DNA of 64,000 nucleotides from Macrostomum lignano (lineage: Eukaryota). The DNA lies in assembly GCA_002269645.1 (NCBI GenBank), contig NIVC01000532.1:186001-250000 (forward strand), given 5' to 3'. A program made the translations under genes and the position numbers. Of the stretch, positions 37,701 to 49,191 are shown piece after piece; position 1 is the stretch's first letter, and the number at the start of each line of letters is the position of its first letter. A model generated the notes under the pieces. It was not told where the DNA came from. It searched no databases and was given only the letters and a program-made list of their open reading frames with translations.

Positions 37701-40700
37701 GCTTTTCGGCCCCAGCCCGTCTGCCGCCATGTTCCGGCCCGCCTCCAGAGCCGGGGTCGGCGGCGGCGGCGGCTCTTCGATTACGGCCTCGTCGACCGAC
37801 TTGAATGGCGGCGTTGAGCGGCCGCCGTCTCGGGCGCGGCCGCGGCCAAAAACGCCCGACTGGAGTCGCGGCTTTGGCGCCAGCGGCGGAGGGGGCTTTC
37901 AACAGCAGCGTCAGCGGCGTCAGTCTGTTGACCCGTTCGACTTTGGCGCCGCCTTTGGTGGCTCTCAGCAGCAGCAGCAGAAAGATCAGGAGCAGCAGCC
38001 ACCGCCAATGCCTTCCATGCCGCCGCCGCTTCCGCCGCCTTCGGAGCAGCCAAATGCCTCCTCATCTTCGCCGCCGTCGCAGCCTCAACCTTCGCTTCCA
38101 CCGCCGCCGCCTCCATCGGGTTCGGCGCCGTCGCCGGCTTCGCCAGCGCGTCCGCTGGACCATCGGGGCGACGGGAGGCTGCGCCACTCAACGCTCTCCT
38201 GACTGAGACCATCCACTGCCGCTGGTCCGGCGAGCAGTGCAAGTTCCGGGTGCAGGGCAGCCTGACCCTGTCCTTCCCGGCTACTCAGCTGCTGTCCAGA
38301 CTGTCGCAGCCGCTGCCCGGTTTGCTGTTTCGCCTGTGCGACACCGGCCTGCTTGGCCAGCACAGGTCATCCAGCCGGCTTGTTAAAGAGTGAGAGACTG
38401 GCTAGCTTTGTCGTGAAGTCTTGATATCATTATCTTGCTCATTAGCTCGTGAACTCTCACGTTGACAGGCTTCGACTCACCCACGAAGTCACGTTTGAAG
38501 TCACTCATACCGTGGAGTCACTTACTGATGCGGTCACTTACTCATGGAGTCCCTCACTCATTGGAGTCATTCACTGATGAAGTCATTCACCGAAGAAATC
38601 ACTCACTCATAAAGTCATTCACCGATGAAATCACTCACTCATAAAGTCATTCACTCATGAAGTCACTCACTAATATAGTCACACACTCATGAAGTCATTC
38701 ACTGATGAAGTCAGTCACCGATGAAATCACTCACTCATAAAGTCATTCACTCATGAAGTCACTCACTGATATAGTCACACACTCATAAATTCATTCACTC
38801 ATGAAGTCATTCACTCATGAAGTCAGTCACCGATGAAATCACTCACTCATAAATTCACTCAACTCATAAAGTCATTAACTCATAGTCACTCACTCATAAA
38901 GTCATTCACTCAAGAAGTCACTCACTCACAGTGTCGCTTACTAATAAATTCTCATAGTCATTCACTGATGTAATCACTCTCTGATAAAGTCACACACTCA
39001 AAGTCATTCACTGATGAAGTCATTCACCGATGAAATCACTCACTCATAAAGTCATTCACCGATGAAATCACTCACTCATAAAGTCACACACTCATAAATT
39101 CATTCACTCATGAAGTCATTCATTGATGAAGTCATTCACCGATGAAGTCATTCACCGATGAAATCACTCACTCATAAATTCACTCAACTCATAAAGTCAT
39201 TAACTCATAGTCACTCACTCATAGTCATTTACTCATGAAGTACTTCACTGATGAAATCACTCACTTAAAAATCACTCACTCGCGCTCCGTGGCGCTCCAC
39301 CTCAGGGAGTTCCCCGAGTCCAACGGTCTCCAGCTCACCATAGACCCGGCCGCCCTCGCCGACGAGCTGAAACGGCTGGCCAGAGAGCGGCCCGGCATCC
39401 AGTTCCTGAGCATGGAGGTGCTCACTTACGATCTGCAGTTGCCAATAGTCACACCAGGGCCCGTGTTTATCCGGGCCTGCTGGAACTGCGAACAGGAGCA
39501 TACGGACCTGCGGGTGGAGATTAGCAGGCACCCAACATCGTCTCTGCTTGTCGGGAAAGTGTCCGTCTCCGTGAGTTATCTACTCGAAAATTTCGGTGTT
39601 ACAATTTAAGACCAAGTCTAAAATAGAGTAAAGTCAAATTTGTACAAAGTTAAATTTGTAGGCTCATGACCTTTCTTGATCTTTTTACGATCATGACCTC
39701 AATGAATGAACTTTGTGTGGTTACGAACTCAGTGAATCTACTTTTTAGGGTCATGGTCTTAGTAGGTCTTATTTATAAGTTCATGACCTTATTGAGTCTA
39801 CTTTGTAGGATCATGACCTCTATTAATGGGTTTTGTAGGGTCACGACCTCAATTAATGGATTTTGTAGGGTCATGACCTCTGTTAATGGGTTTTTTAGGG
39901 TCATGACCTCTATTAATGGGTTTTTTAGGGTCATGACCTCAATTAATGGGTTTTATTGGGTCATGACCTCTATTAATGGGTTTTGTAGGGTCATGACCTC
40001 TATTAATGGGTTTTGTAGGGTCATGACCTCTATTAATGGGTTTTGTAGGGTCATGACCTCTATTAATGGGTTTTATTGGGTCATGACCTCTATTAATGGG
40101 TTTTGTAGGGTCATGACCGCTATTTATGGGTTTTGTAGGGTCATGACCTCTATTAATGGGTTTTGTAGGGTCATGACCTCAATTAATAGATTTTTCAGGG
40201 TCATGACCTCTATTAATGGGTTTTATTGGGTCATGACCTCTATTAATGGGTTTTGTAGGGTCATGACCTCAATTAATGGGTTTTATTGGGTCATGACCTC
40301 AATTAATGGGTTTTATTGGGTCATGACCTCTATTAATGGGTTTTGTAGGGTCATGACCTCAGTTAATGAGTTTTTTAGGGCCATGGCCTCTATTAATGGG
40401 TTTTTTAGGGTCATGACCTCAATTAATGGGTTTTATTGGGTCATGACCTCTATTAATGGGTTTTGTAGGGTCATGACCTCTATTAATGGGTTTTGTAGGG
40501 TCATGACCTCTATTAATGGGTTTTGTAGGGTCATGACCTCTATTAATGGGTTTTATTGGGTCATGACCTCTATTAATGGGTTTTGTAGGGTCATGACCTC
40601 TATTAATGGGTTTTATTGGGTCATGACCTCAATTAATGGGTTTTATTGGGTCATGACCTCTATTAATGGGTTTTGTAGGGTCATGACCTCAGTTAATGAG

Positions 40701-41445
40701 TTTTTTAGGGTCATGACCTCTATTAATGGGTTTTGTAGGGTCATGACCTCAATTAATGGGTTTCGTAGGGTCATGACCTCAAAGAATCAACTTGGTAAGG
40801 TCATGACCTCAAAGAATCAACTTGGTAAGGTCAATGACCTCAAAGAATCAACTTGGTAAGGTCAATGACCTCAATGAATCAACCTGGTAAGGTCAATGAC
40901 CTCAATGAATCAACCTGGTAAGGTCATGACCTCAATGAATCAACCTGGTAAGGTCATGACCTCAATGAATCAGCTTAGTAAGGTTATGACATCAATAAAT
41001 GGATTTTTTATAGTCGTGACGTCACTGAGTCTAATTTACAGGGTCATAACCTAAACAAGCGTACATAAGGTGTCAGGACCATGATCATAAATGCACAATG
41101 TCCCCTCTGAACAAATGAAACGACCGCCAGGCCGAGGTCTCTGGCGGCGTCCTTGACATGCAGTCCCTGCCGGCCGGTCGCTGGCTATCAGACACCCGCC
41201 TAGCCATCTGGGAGGTGGCTGTCCCGGCCAATCCGGCCGACAAGACGGTGGTGAAAGCGAAATTCCTGCTGGGCTCCGGGCCTACGGTGCCCAGCCCAGT
41301 CCGGGTGCAGTTCATGCTGGACAACAGCAGCTTCTCAGACTGCAGCTTCGCCCTGATCGGTGCCAACTACAGGCTGGATGTCAATAAGCGCAGGATCATC
41401 AGCGGCCAGTACAGCGCTGAGCCTAGCGCAGTGGCACCCCTGTGA
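33975..41445 (+). CDS. FCHO: FCH-domain-only (muniscin) endocytic adaptor: F-BAR + linker + mu-homology domain; exons 33975-34469, 35170-35905, 36463-36692, 37630-38389, 39306-39570, 41131-41445; one apparent frameshift in exon 4
   Basis: YWGEKHNGFDALYSN (F-BAR start), VEKYN, VDAEGFTIR, LTETIHC...GSLTLSFPA and GGVLDMQSLPAGRW...KAKFLLGSGP...VQF...YRLDVNKRRIISGQY match FCHO1/2. Splice phases 0,1,0,2,0 are consistent, but the total of 2801 nt is one base short of a whole number of codons. Confidence 0.9.
34474..34750. repeat. (CTGT)n microsatellite (FCHO intron 1)
   Basis: Direct reading of the sequence. Confidence 0.97.
36803..37609. repeat. 26-bp minisatellite (FCHO intron 3)
   Basis: Unit GTGACGGTGAGAGTGATAAATCGGGA. 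The array ends about 20 nt before the acceptor. Confidence 0.97.
38475..39280. repeat. Composite CACTCATAAAGTCATT/CACTGATGAAGT minisatellite (FCHO intron 4)
   Basis: Interleaved 13-17-bp related units. Confidence 0.9.
39810..40990. repeat. 30-bp minisatellite (FCHO intron 5) grading into a second 30-bp variant
   Basis: TCATGACCTCTATTAATGGGTTTTGTAGGG up to about 40770, then TCATGACCTCAA(A/T)GAATCAAC(T/C)TGGTAAGG. Confidence 0.97.
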
Positions 41446-42434
41446 GGTCGGTTATAAATAACTATTATAATCAGAATAATTGCAAAGCGACATTCATACA
41501 CCTGCGCGTCTGTCACACAAGCTGTTTCCGTATTGTTTTTAGTGATTGGATTTATTAAAATAAAAAAATATTTATGCAATATTAATCAATATTCCGCAGA
41601 TACTATACTTAGCTGACTTTTAACGCAGCAAACTGGAATAATGAAATAAGTTATGAAGATCCATCCATATGTTATAGTATCTGTGTGGATTGCGGCATCC
41701 TGTATTCCAGTTGTACTAATACAGTACCTAGGAATTCTGTACGTGTACAATAGTTTTCTAATCATTCTATTAACCAACTAATATGAGTGCCCTGTTTCTA
41801 ATGTAATTGTCCTGGTCACTAGTTTTTACCAGCGCACGGCCCTGCGAAACTGTTCTAATTAAGTTATTATCGATACATATCGTCGGATGGGAAATATTAC
41901 AGCTAATTATGCTCACTAACATAAAAATTCAAACAATGGATCAAACTGACGCAATGAGCTTCTTCATCAGTAGCCAGACTCCCCTTAAGACAATGCCTCT
42001 CTGTCCGAGTCAATTTTGTGATAATTCTGCATGCCGAGCAATATGAACGAGAGTATTTATAATTCATATTTGATTGCTATGATAAAAGATTAACCGATGG
42101 TCAATATTGCCTGTTGGTAATTGCTTGTTTGTTCTCTGTATTTTTACTATGTACTGTTTTGCTATGCATCAATACAGATTGTTACTATTTACTAATGCTA
42201 TGAATTATCCTTTTTATTATTAATTATACTAATACAAGGCGCGAACGCATGCCTTTTTGTTGAATGCTCTGTGAAATATGGATTTGCATATTATTATGCG
42301 GTATTGGATGATGAGTTATTGATTTGTTAATCTTCTTACGCTCGTATTTAGCTGATGACCGGCCTTCTTCGCTGTCGATTCATCATATAGGCTATATACA
42401 TGTTAGCAGTAGTATTAGCAGTAGTAGTAGTATC

Positions 42435-43005
42435 CTGATGGCCCTCGAACAAGGCCCCTCGGGGAAGCCACTGCCACCGGAGACGCCTGCTGGCAACTCC
42501 TGGCCAACAGCAGCACCGCCGTTACCTTCATTTGGGTGCCAGGCCACGCAGGAATTGACGGCAACGACGCAGCAGACACCGCCGCCGCCGAGGCAGCCTC
42601 AGCCTTCAGACAGCACGCACCGCCATCCGCCGAGACCGTCGCGCCCTTGACGCTCAGGTCCTGGGCCCTTCACTTCGCCCGACCGAGTCAGGCCGCAGCA
42701 GGGAGGAGTTCATCGCCACGAACCAGCTCCGTGCTGGCGTCAGCACCCTCTCATCCGCGCCCGCATCGGCCTCCAGGAATCCGACGCCTGCCCCGACTGC
42801 GGCGCCCCGGATACCGTTGACCACCTCGTTCGCCGCTGTCCCCGAGGGGACGCCGCTCGCCTCCGCCTGTTCGGCAGCGACGACCCGTTGGAGGATCAGC
42901 ACGGTCGCCTCTGCCCTCCTTCGCAGCATGGGCGTTAACCCCCGCCTCTCTTAGCACCGCAGTATTAACGGCGAGCCGAGTAGAAGAAGAAGTAGTAGTA
43001 GTACA
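42435..43005 (+). mobile_element. 5'-truncated non-LTR retrotransposon (I/Nimb/Ingi-like) 3' end: RNase H + CCHC
   Basis: VTFIWVPGHAGIDGNDAADTAA (RNase H), then CPDCGAPDTVDHLVRRCP, ending in an (AGT/AGA)n tail. The site is (AGT)-rich on both sides. Confidence 0.8.
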
Positions 43006-43019
43006 TAAAGTAGTAGCAA

Positions 43020-43330
43020 TAGACTCGCTAGCAGTCAGGTTCAGGACGCGCAGGTCGTCAAAAAAGTGTCAATGAAGGTCGTGGTGCCAGCTTGTCCTCG
43101 GCGAAATCCCTCCTGAGGTGGGTTGGCAACTACGGCTGTCATCGGGTTTGGCTTCTCCCCGTCCCGTGCCTCTGAGCACATGTCCGAGGAGTCTCAGTCT
43201 GAGGGTGTCGCTCAGCGGTGGCCTCGGTGTTAGGCTTTGCATTTTGACGTGCGCTTGCAGTCTCCGGCCGAAGATCGCAAGACAAATGTGACTCTGCTTT
43301 GCGATCTCCAGTAAAAGTCGTGCCTTGCGT
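43020..43330 (-). mobile_element. RTE-like LINE C-terminal fragment
   Basis: RPPLSDTLRLRLLGHVLRG...PRTSW resembles the RLRxxGHVxR motif of RTE-clade ORF ends. Confidence 0.55.
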
Positions 43331-43879
43331 TTCCCCTGATTTGAGATCTCCGGGGGTAAAAATGTACATGAGTGGTGTACAGCCACGCGGCTAAAACTCT
43401 GCCAAATAATTATTGGTTGTAGGGACTCACGGCCATACGTGCAAACAGCTAACATTTATGTGTACTTAGCAGGGTGAGCTCTTGCTGAATTGTCAGTGTA
43501 ATTGCGCAATGTACTCGTATACTTTATTCTCTGATGCTCAGTGTATTTTGAATTTCGAATTAGGAACTTAGAAGCCTGCAAATGTGACTGAGGTACTTGT
43601 ATTTTCAAGTGGAGACAGACATGGCAAAGGCGACTTTAAACCAAGTGTTATTTTATTCATTGAACAACGAGCACGTCGAAATTCCCTGAGACTTGCCGGC
43701 CAAAGTGAACAACAATTTCAAGCCAAAAATTCGAGAAATAAGTAAAGCCCTTTTCTTCCAAGACATTCAATTGTTCTACAAAGTGAGAACCAGAACTTCA
43801 GCAAGAAAAGGCGCCCAGAACAGCCGCGGCGTACGCTTTTTACGAAGGGTGAAGTCAGGGAAAAGATCAAAACACTGCA

Positions 43880-45520
43880 CGTCGAGTCATGTCACATGGG
43901 AATAAAGAGCATCGGCCATTGGCCTCTTTACCGCCCGATTCTACAGCGATGTGCCTGTTGAACATCAATTGTAGAGTCGGTAGTAAAGTGATGCAAGAGG
44001 TGAGAATAGATGTGAGAAGACTAACAAGAAGTTCACCAGCAAACAGCGTGAAATACATCCGATTGAGGTGCCTACTGACGCTCAACGATTGTCCGGCTTC
44101 CTCTGCTTGGATTGCGTTACAATGCCGACCACAACTGAGAGGGAGCTCGTTGTTATCCTGACTATATGTTGCAAATTCACGAAATTTGCAGATTTTCGCG
44201 GCCGATACCAAATGTACGAGCCGGCACGATCGCTCGAGAACTGAAGAGTCTGTTTGGCCTTTTTGGCTGGCCTCGCATTCTTCTGAGTGATCAAGGCAGG
44301 GAATTCTGCAACTCCATCATCGAGGCTGTGCTACAGGAGGGCGGTACGGAAAGTCGAGTAACGAGTGCCTACCATCCTCCACAGACCATATAGAATATAG
44401 ACTGCGAATCTCGGGGGCCTGCCCAGGCGCGTTGTGGGACAAAAAAGCAACACAAAAAATGGTCCTTCCCCCAAAGCCTCAACTTCGATCGATATGTGGG
44501 ACAAAAAATGGGCAAGTGCAAGTTTTTCAAGCGGGCCAGTGCTTGAAATTTACTTACCAGTATTATAAAGAGTTTTAAAACCCCAGGGAGGCAAAATAAA
44601 TATTTCCTTGCAAAAATATCCCGCAAAAACCCAATTACCAATCATTCTTATCCATGCAGCCAGCTTCTAGTGTATCAAGAAAAGAGAAAAGCGCCAGAAA
44701 GTGTGGCAACTATTGCTGTGCTCAGGGCGCTGAACAAGAAGCACCAGCGACTGAGGGTGCGGTCGAAGTCACTGACTAAAATTGTGAAAGTGCTGCAGGC
44801 AAAGAATATTGTGGACGAAGCTGCAGCATCCCGTCTGCAGTTTCTGCATTCATTTTTGAGCTGTCTTGTTGATCAATTTTTCTTAATCTGTGAGAGCTTG
44901 GACTTTGAAGGACATTTCGGGGTTAGCAGCTTAAATTTAATTACTTTTTATGTATTTGATTTTCGTGGCGTTTTATGTGAAAAATAGGAAAAATGTATCT
45001 CAATTGCATGTGTCCAATAGGAGCACAATGGAAAAGAGGCCCGCCCTGTACCACATCGATCGAGCTGGGGTGGGTGAGAGGGATATGGCCCACTTTTTTC
45101 TTCACTTTACTGGTCATATTCCAAATGGTCTGTGATCGGCACCTGGACGCAATCCAACTTGCTTACAACAGCAGACGCAATTCGACAACTCTGGCTTCGC
45201 CTTTCAGAGCTGTTTTTGGTTTTGACCTGTTTTTTGGCTTTTTTGGCTGGCTTTCGGCCAGAATCAAAATTGCCCAGCAGCGAATGCGGGAACGTCACTC
45301 GAGGATTGCCAAAGAAGTGGAGACAATCAAACCTGGCATGCTTGTTAGACTTCCCAATTTACCGTCGCGATGATCGAAAAGGCGGAAAACTTCTGTCCAC
45401 TTGGAGCGACTGCACGCACTCAGTGCGCAGATTCGTGAGGCGAAACGTCTACCAATTGGCTGGCCTACCCTAAAGCGCTGGTGTCAATGGAGTACATCTG
45501 AAGCGATGCAGGACGCAGGC
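43880..45520 (+). mobile_element. Gypsy integrase remnant interrupted by an insertion at about 44390-45120
   Basis: HMG (H2C2 start); RPIPNVRAGTIARELKSLFGLFGWPRILLSDQGREFCN...TSAYHP; resumes DRHLDAIQLAYNSRRNSTTLASPFRAVFG and GGKLLSTW...NVYQL. Confidence 0.8.
44660..44900 (+). mobile_element. Possible THAP9/P-element transposase coiled-coil fragment nested in the Gypsy remnant
   Basis: LRALNKKHQRLRVRSKSLTKIVKVLQAKNIVDEAAASRL resembles the region that follows THAP domains. No catalytic motif is visible. Confidence 0.35.
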
Positions 45521-46194
45521 CGAACCTTATACTCGTAATCAAAGTGCTTCCCCAATATTCTGGTGACTTTAACTAATTGAACTAACTAATTAATTTACCT
45601 AACTACTACCTAACTACTACTAACTACATGTAACTACGCTCGTAATTTAACTAATTGATTGAAAATACCAACAACAATTGCGTCTTAGAATTTTTGACAA
45701 TTTGGTAGTTATTGCTTCTTTGCCTTGAACATATTAAATTGAAAAATCGTTCTTTGACCCGGACTTCAAATTCCGGATATCGCAAAGCAAGCCTTAGTTT
45801 TTCGGCCGGATATTTCAACCTGCTTGTGACTTCCGGGGGGAGACTGCAAGTCTCGGAGAACGCAAAGCAGCTTGAGATATCCGGACCGGATACTTAAAGA
45901 TGCTTGCAATATCCGGGGGGAGATCAGAAAGTACTTGTACTATCTGGGCGGACAAAAAAAGACACGGATATCCGAAAGTATAACACCGGTTTTCGGCGAC
46001 ATCTGGAGCCAGAGTTGTCAAGCTCGGGTTCTTGTCAAGGACCACAGTATATACATGTAACTGTTATATACAGTGGTCCTTGGTTCCAGTTTGCTTCCGG
46101 TGTTGTTAAATCGCATTGAGACCGGCCAACCCCGTTATTCTAAAGCCTGAGCAAGCTAAAGGTGTGACACTGGAAAAGTCAGTGTTGCATTCTT

Positions 46195-46237
46195 ATTGGC
46201 TGAGAACATGGAAGGTGAAATCCCAGATGCTATAAAA
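46195..46237 (+). promoter_or_regulatory. Reverse CCAAT (ATTGG 46195-46199) and TATA box (TATAAAA 46231-46237) upstream of lectin copy C
   Basis: Canonical motifs about 98 and 62 nt upstream of ATG 46293. Confidence 0.5.
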
Positions 46238-46292
46238 TGGCTGTAGCAGTCGCCTCCTCCTGCTCAGCAAGTTCTCCGAATCTGAAGCAAGG

Positions 46293-47181
46293 ATGTCGAC
46301 TCTGAGGGCGCTCCTCCTCTCTCTGCTGAGCCTCGCCTGCCTGCGCAGCCTGCAGTCCTGCCAGCCGCCCTACCAGTCCGTGTCCGGCTTCTGCCTGCTC
46401 GTGAACACCACAGCCGCAGTCGGCTGGTGCCAGGCGGCTCGTCTGTGCCAGGCCGTCGGAGGCGAGCTGGTGATGGAGCCGGCCGCCATCCGGGCAGCTG
46501 CGCAGTTCGCCACGGGCTCGGTGATGCTGTGGGTCGGCGTCACCGACATGCTGGAGGAGCGGCTCACCAGCAGGTGAGGCAATCAGCATCTAGTATTTCT
46601 GCACACAGCAAATTTGATGCCACCTTTTGCTAAACAAAGAACTTCAAAAATCTCATCCGATGCTCATTAATTAGCCTTCGATAAGTACAGATGCTGATTA
46701 TCTAGATAATATCAGGAGGGTCTCACTGAACTGCTATTTTCATCTTCTCAGGACCGGCTGGCGCATGGCCAATGGAAGCGAGTTTGTTGCCCCAAACTCT
46801 GACTGGGAATCTGGCTACCCAAACAACTATGACCACTCGGATGACATGCTGGCTCTAAATAACGGTTTGCTTCTCGACTTTGTCTCATTCAATCTGGTTG
46901 GCTTTGTCTGCCAGCCCGTAGCGACGCCGAACAGCGGAACCTTCCGTCGGACCAGCTTCCTGCAGCTGGGCGAAATCACGCCCTACTACTGCTACACGGA
47001 GGTGCAGTCGGTGCAGCGCAGGCTGCTCTGCGTTCGCCAGTGCGCTGCCCGCTGGGAGTGTCGGGCGGCTCTGTTCAACCGGGCCGAGTCTCGCTGCCGC
47101 ATGCTGGACTTCGCCGACGCGAGCGCGGGCGACGCCATCGAGAAGAGCGGCGCTTGGGAGAAGTTCGTCAAGGTCTACTGA
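46293..47181 (+). CDS. Secreted C-type lectin + PAN/apple protein, copy C; exons 46293-46573 and 46752-47181 (236 aa)
   Basis: Same architecture as copy B. Intact frame with a GTGAGG...TTCTCAG phase-2 intron. Confidence 0.9.
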
Positions 47182-48279
47182 GATGAACCCACTGATCAAG
47201 AATATTTGAGCAAATAGCAAAAAACTAATTTTACACCAACTAAACACAAACTCTAGTCTCTCTGGTGACTCTCTTTCTGGCCAGGGAGAAAGTTTGATGC
47301 TTGGATGGAAGCATATACGTAGTACCTGTGTGGCAGGTAAGAAAGTTATTGGTAAAAGGCAAAATCAATGCAAATTGACTGACACACAGAATAAATACAA
47401 AGTAAGCGTTAAAGACCCGCATTGTTGATAGCATGTGTTTGGAACTGATGAAGTTTACAAAATTCTTGGAGCACTGCAGGTCAGGAAACTATGCTTGCGA
47501 GCGAAGAGAAGAAAGTCAGAACTGAGTTTACTTCAGTTCATTACGGCTCATTTGAAGGACATCTTGGCTGTTTACATGTAGGTTCTTTTGTTGTAGAAAA
47601 ACTTGCGAGTCCATGCAGCTCAAGTCTCTTGAAAGCGTGGTGTGCTGTTTCCTCTCTCACTAAGAGACTCAAGACAATCAATGGAGACGCCTTCCGCTAT
47701 TGTCTTGAAGAGAAACAAAGAGAAAGTAGAATGAAAAAACGAAGTTGATGGGGTCAAGAAGCTGCTTGAGCAAATCCGCCACCTTTTCATTGGTGTCCTT
47801 GAGCTGAGTTTTCTTCTTTTTCAACTGCCACTGTATGTTGTTGTCTCGACGATTACCATCAAGGAGCGCATGATTTTGCTGCGCGACACGTGATCCTGCG
47901 TAGCTGAGTCAGTGCTGGAGTGCTTCTCTAGGCAGGGACTTCTTCTTGTGATGAAGTAAAAAAGCAGATGAATCTGGCAAACAAACAAGTTTCTATCTTT
48001 TCCATGATGTGCGCTCGTATTTGGATTTTTCATTCACTTTCAAAATGCAGCACCGCATGTACGAATTCGGACAGATTCTGTCCGAACTAGAGAGCTGCGC
48101 CATGGACAACTGAGGTATCGAATAGAAGGACTCCCGTACTCTCGATTCTCTTTGAAATGAGAAACAGGATTTTCTCGACAAAATTTGTCTATGGCGAAAC
48201 CCCGTTCTCGAGAGCATACAAAATGGCTGCTGGCCGCTCAACAGAAGTATATGTTATTCCCCACTTGTTTTATTTATTT

Positions 48280-49138
48280 TGGTCGTAAGCGGCTGAGGAT
48301 GCGTTTATTGGCCGAGGCGAAGCCGAGGCCAAATACACGCGTCTGAAGACGATTACGACCATAGATAAGTCAAAAAAGTGGGGATTGATGTATTTATTAC
48401 TCAGTTCGTGTCAAGCAAGAGGAAAGTTAAGATAAAATCCTGCAACGTACTTACCAACGACTTATCCAACCAAAAAGCCACAATAAGATTTTAATCTTGT
48501 GCTCATGGTGGCCGAAGGCGACAAACAACGTGATGGAGTGGTTTCGAGTCGGCATGCGATGATGAACGAGTTGGAGTTGTATTTGAAACTGAATAAAGCG
48601 ACACCTGAAAATACTAAAAAGAAGGCTGATTCGATCGTTGGCGTATTCAAGCATTGGCATGAGCAGAAGAAGACTGCTTGATCAACGGGTGGTGGTCCAT
48701 CGTTAATAGTCCTGAAAGATCTCTCGGAGATGACGAAGCAAGATCTGAATTATCTTCTGAAGTACTTCGTTATGGAAGTACGCAATCAGGATGGAGAACG
48801 GTACACTTCCACCACTCTGAAAGACTTTTTGTCCGTGATTCAATGGTACTGGCGCCGTTAACTCCGAGAGTCCTAGTCCTACGAAGATGCGAATCGAGAT
48901 CTGTGGCGAATCGAATAAGGTCACCATTAATTTCGATTAACAATGCTTGTTTTTCGAGAACTTAATGACGAAAGTGCAGTTCTTCGTTCGTTCTTCGTTT
49001 CTTACACGTTATTTCGTTCAAAATGAAATTCTAAAGTATTCGAGCTAATAAATAATTTATTGGCCCGGCCAAATAAATTTCTTTCGCATCAAATAAAGCT
49101 TGTCTTAGTCTATGACCGGGCCTAACTGGGTAATAAAT
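48280..49138 (+). mobile_element. Second Crypton-like remnant with terminal hairpin and 15-bp inverted repeats
   Basis: NKATPENTKKKADSIVGVFKHW (48499-48681) and DLNYLLKYFVMEVRNQDGERYTSTTLKDFLSVIQWY (about 48743-48850). ATTTATTACTCAGTT (48392-48406) and AACTGGGTAATAAAT (49124-49138) are inverted (14/15). A GGCCGAGGCGAAGCCGAGGCC stem-loop lies at about 48311-48331. Confidence 0.7.
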
Positions 49139-49191
49139 GTGATTGAAAGCAGCTTTCTGAATTTTATCTAAACACTACAGAAATGTATGTA

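Noticed and set aside
36586-37730. Long minus-strand His/Ser/Thr ORFs
   Set aside because: They are translations of the 26-bp intronic satellite. The same applies to the ORFs at 27090-28140, 34453-34749, 52165-52434 and 22506-23216.
39666-40859. 397-aa Cys-rich repeat ORF
   Set aside because: It is a 30-bp satellite inside FCHO intron 5.
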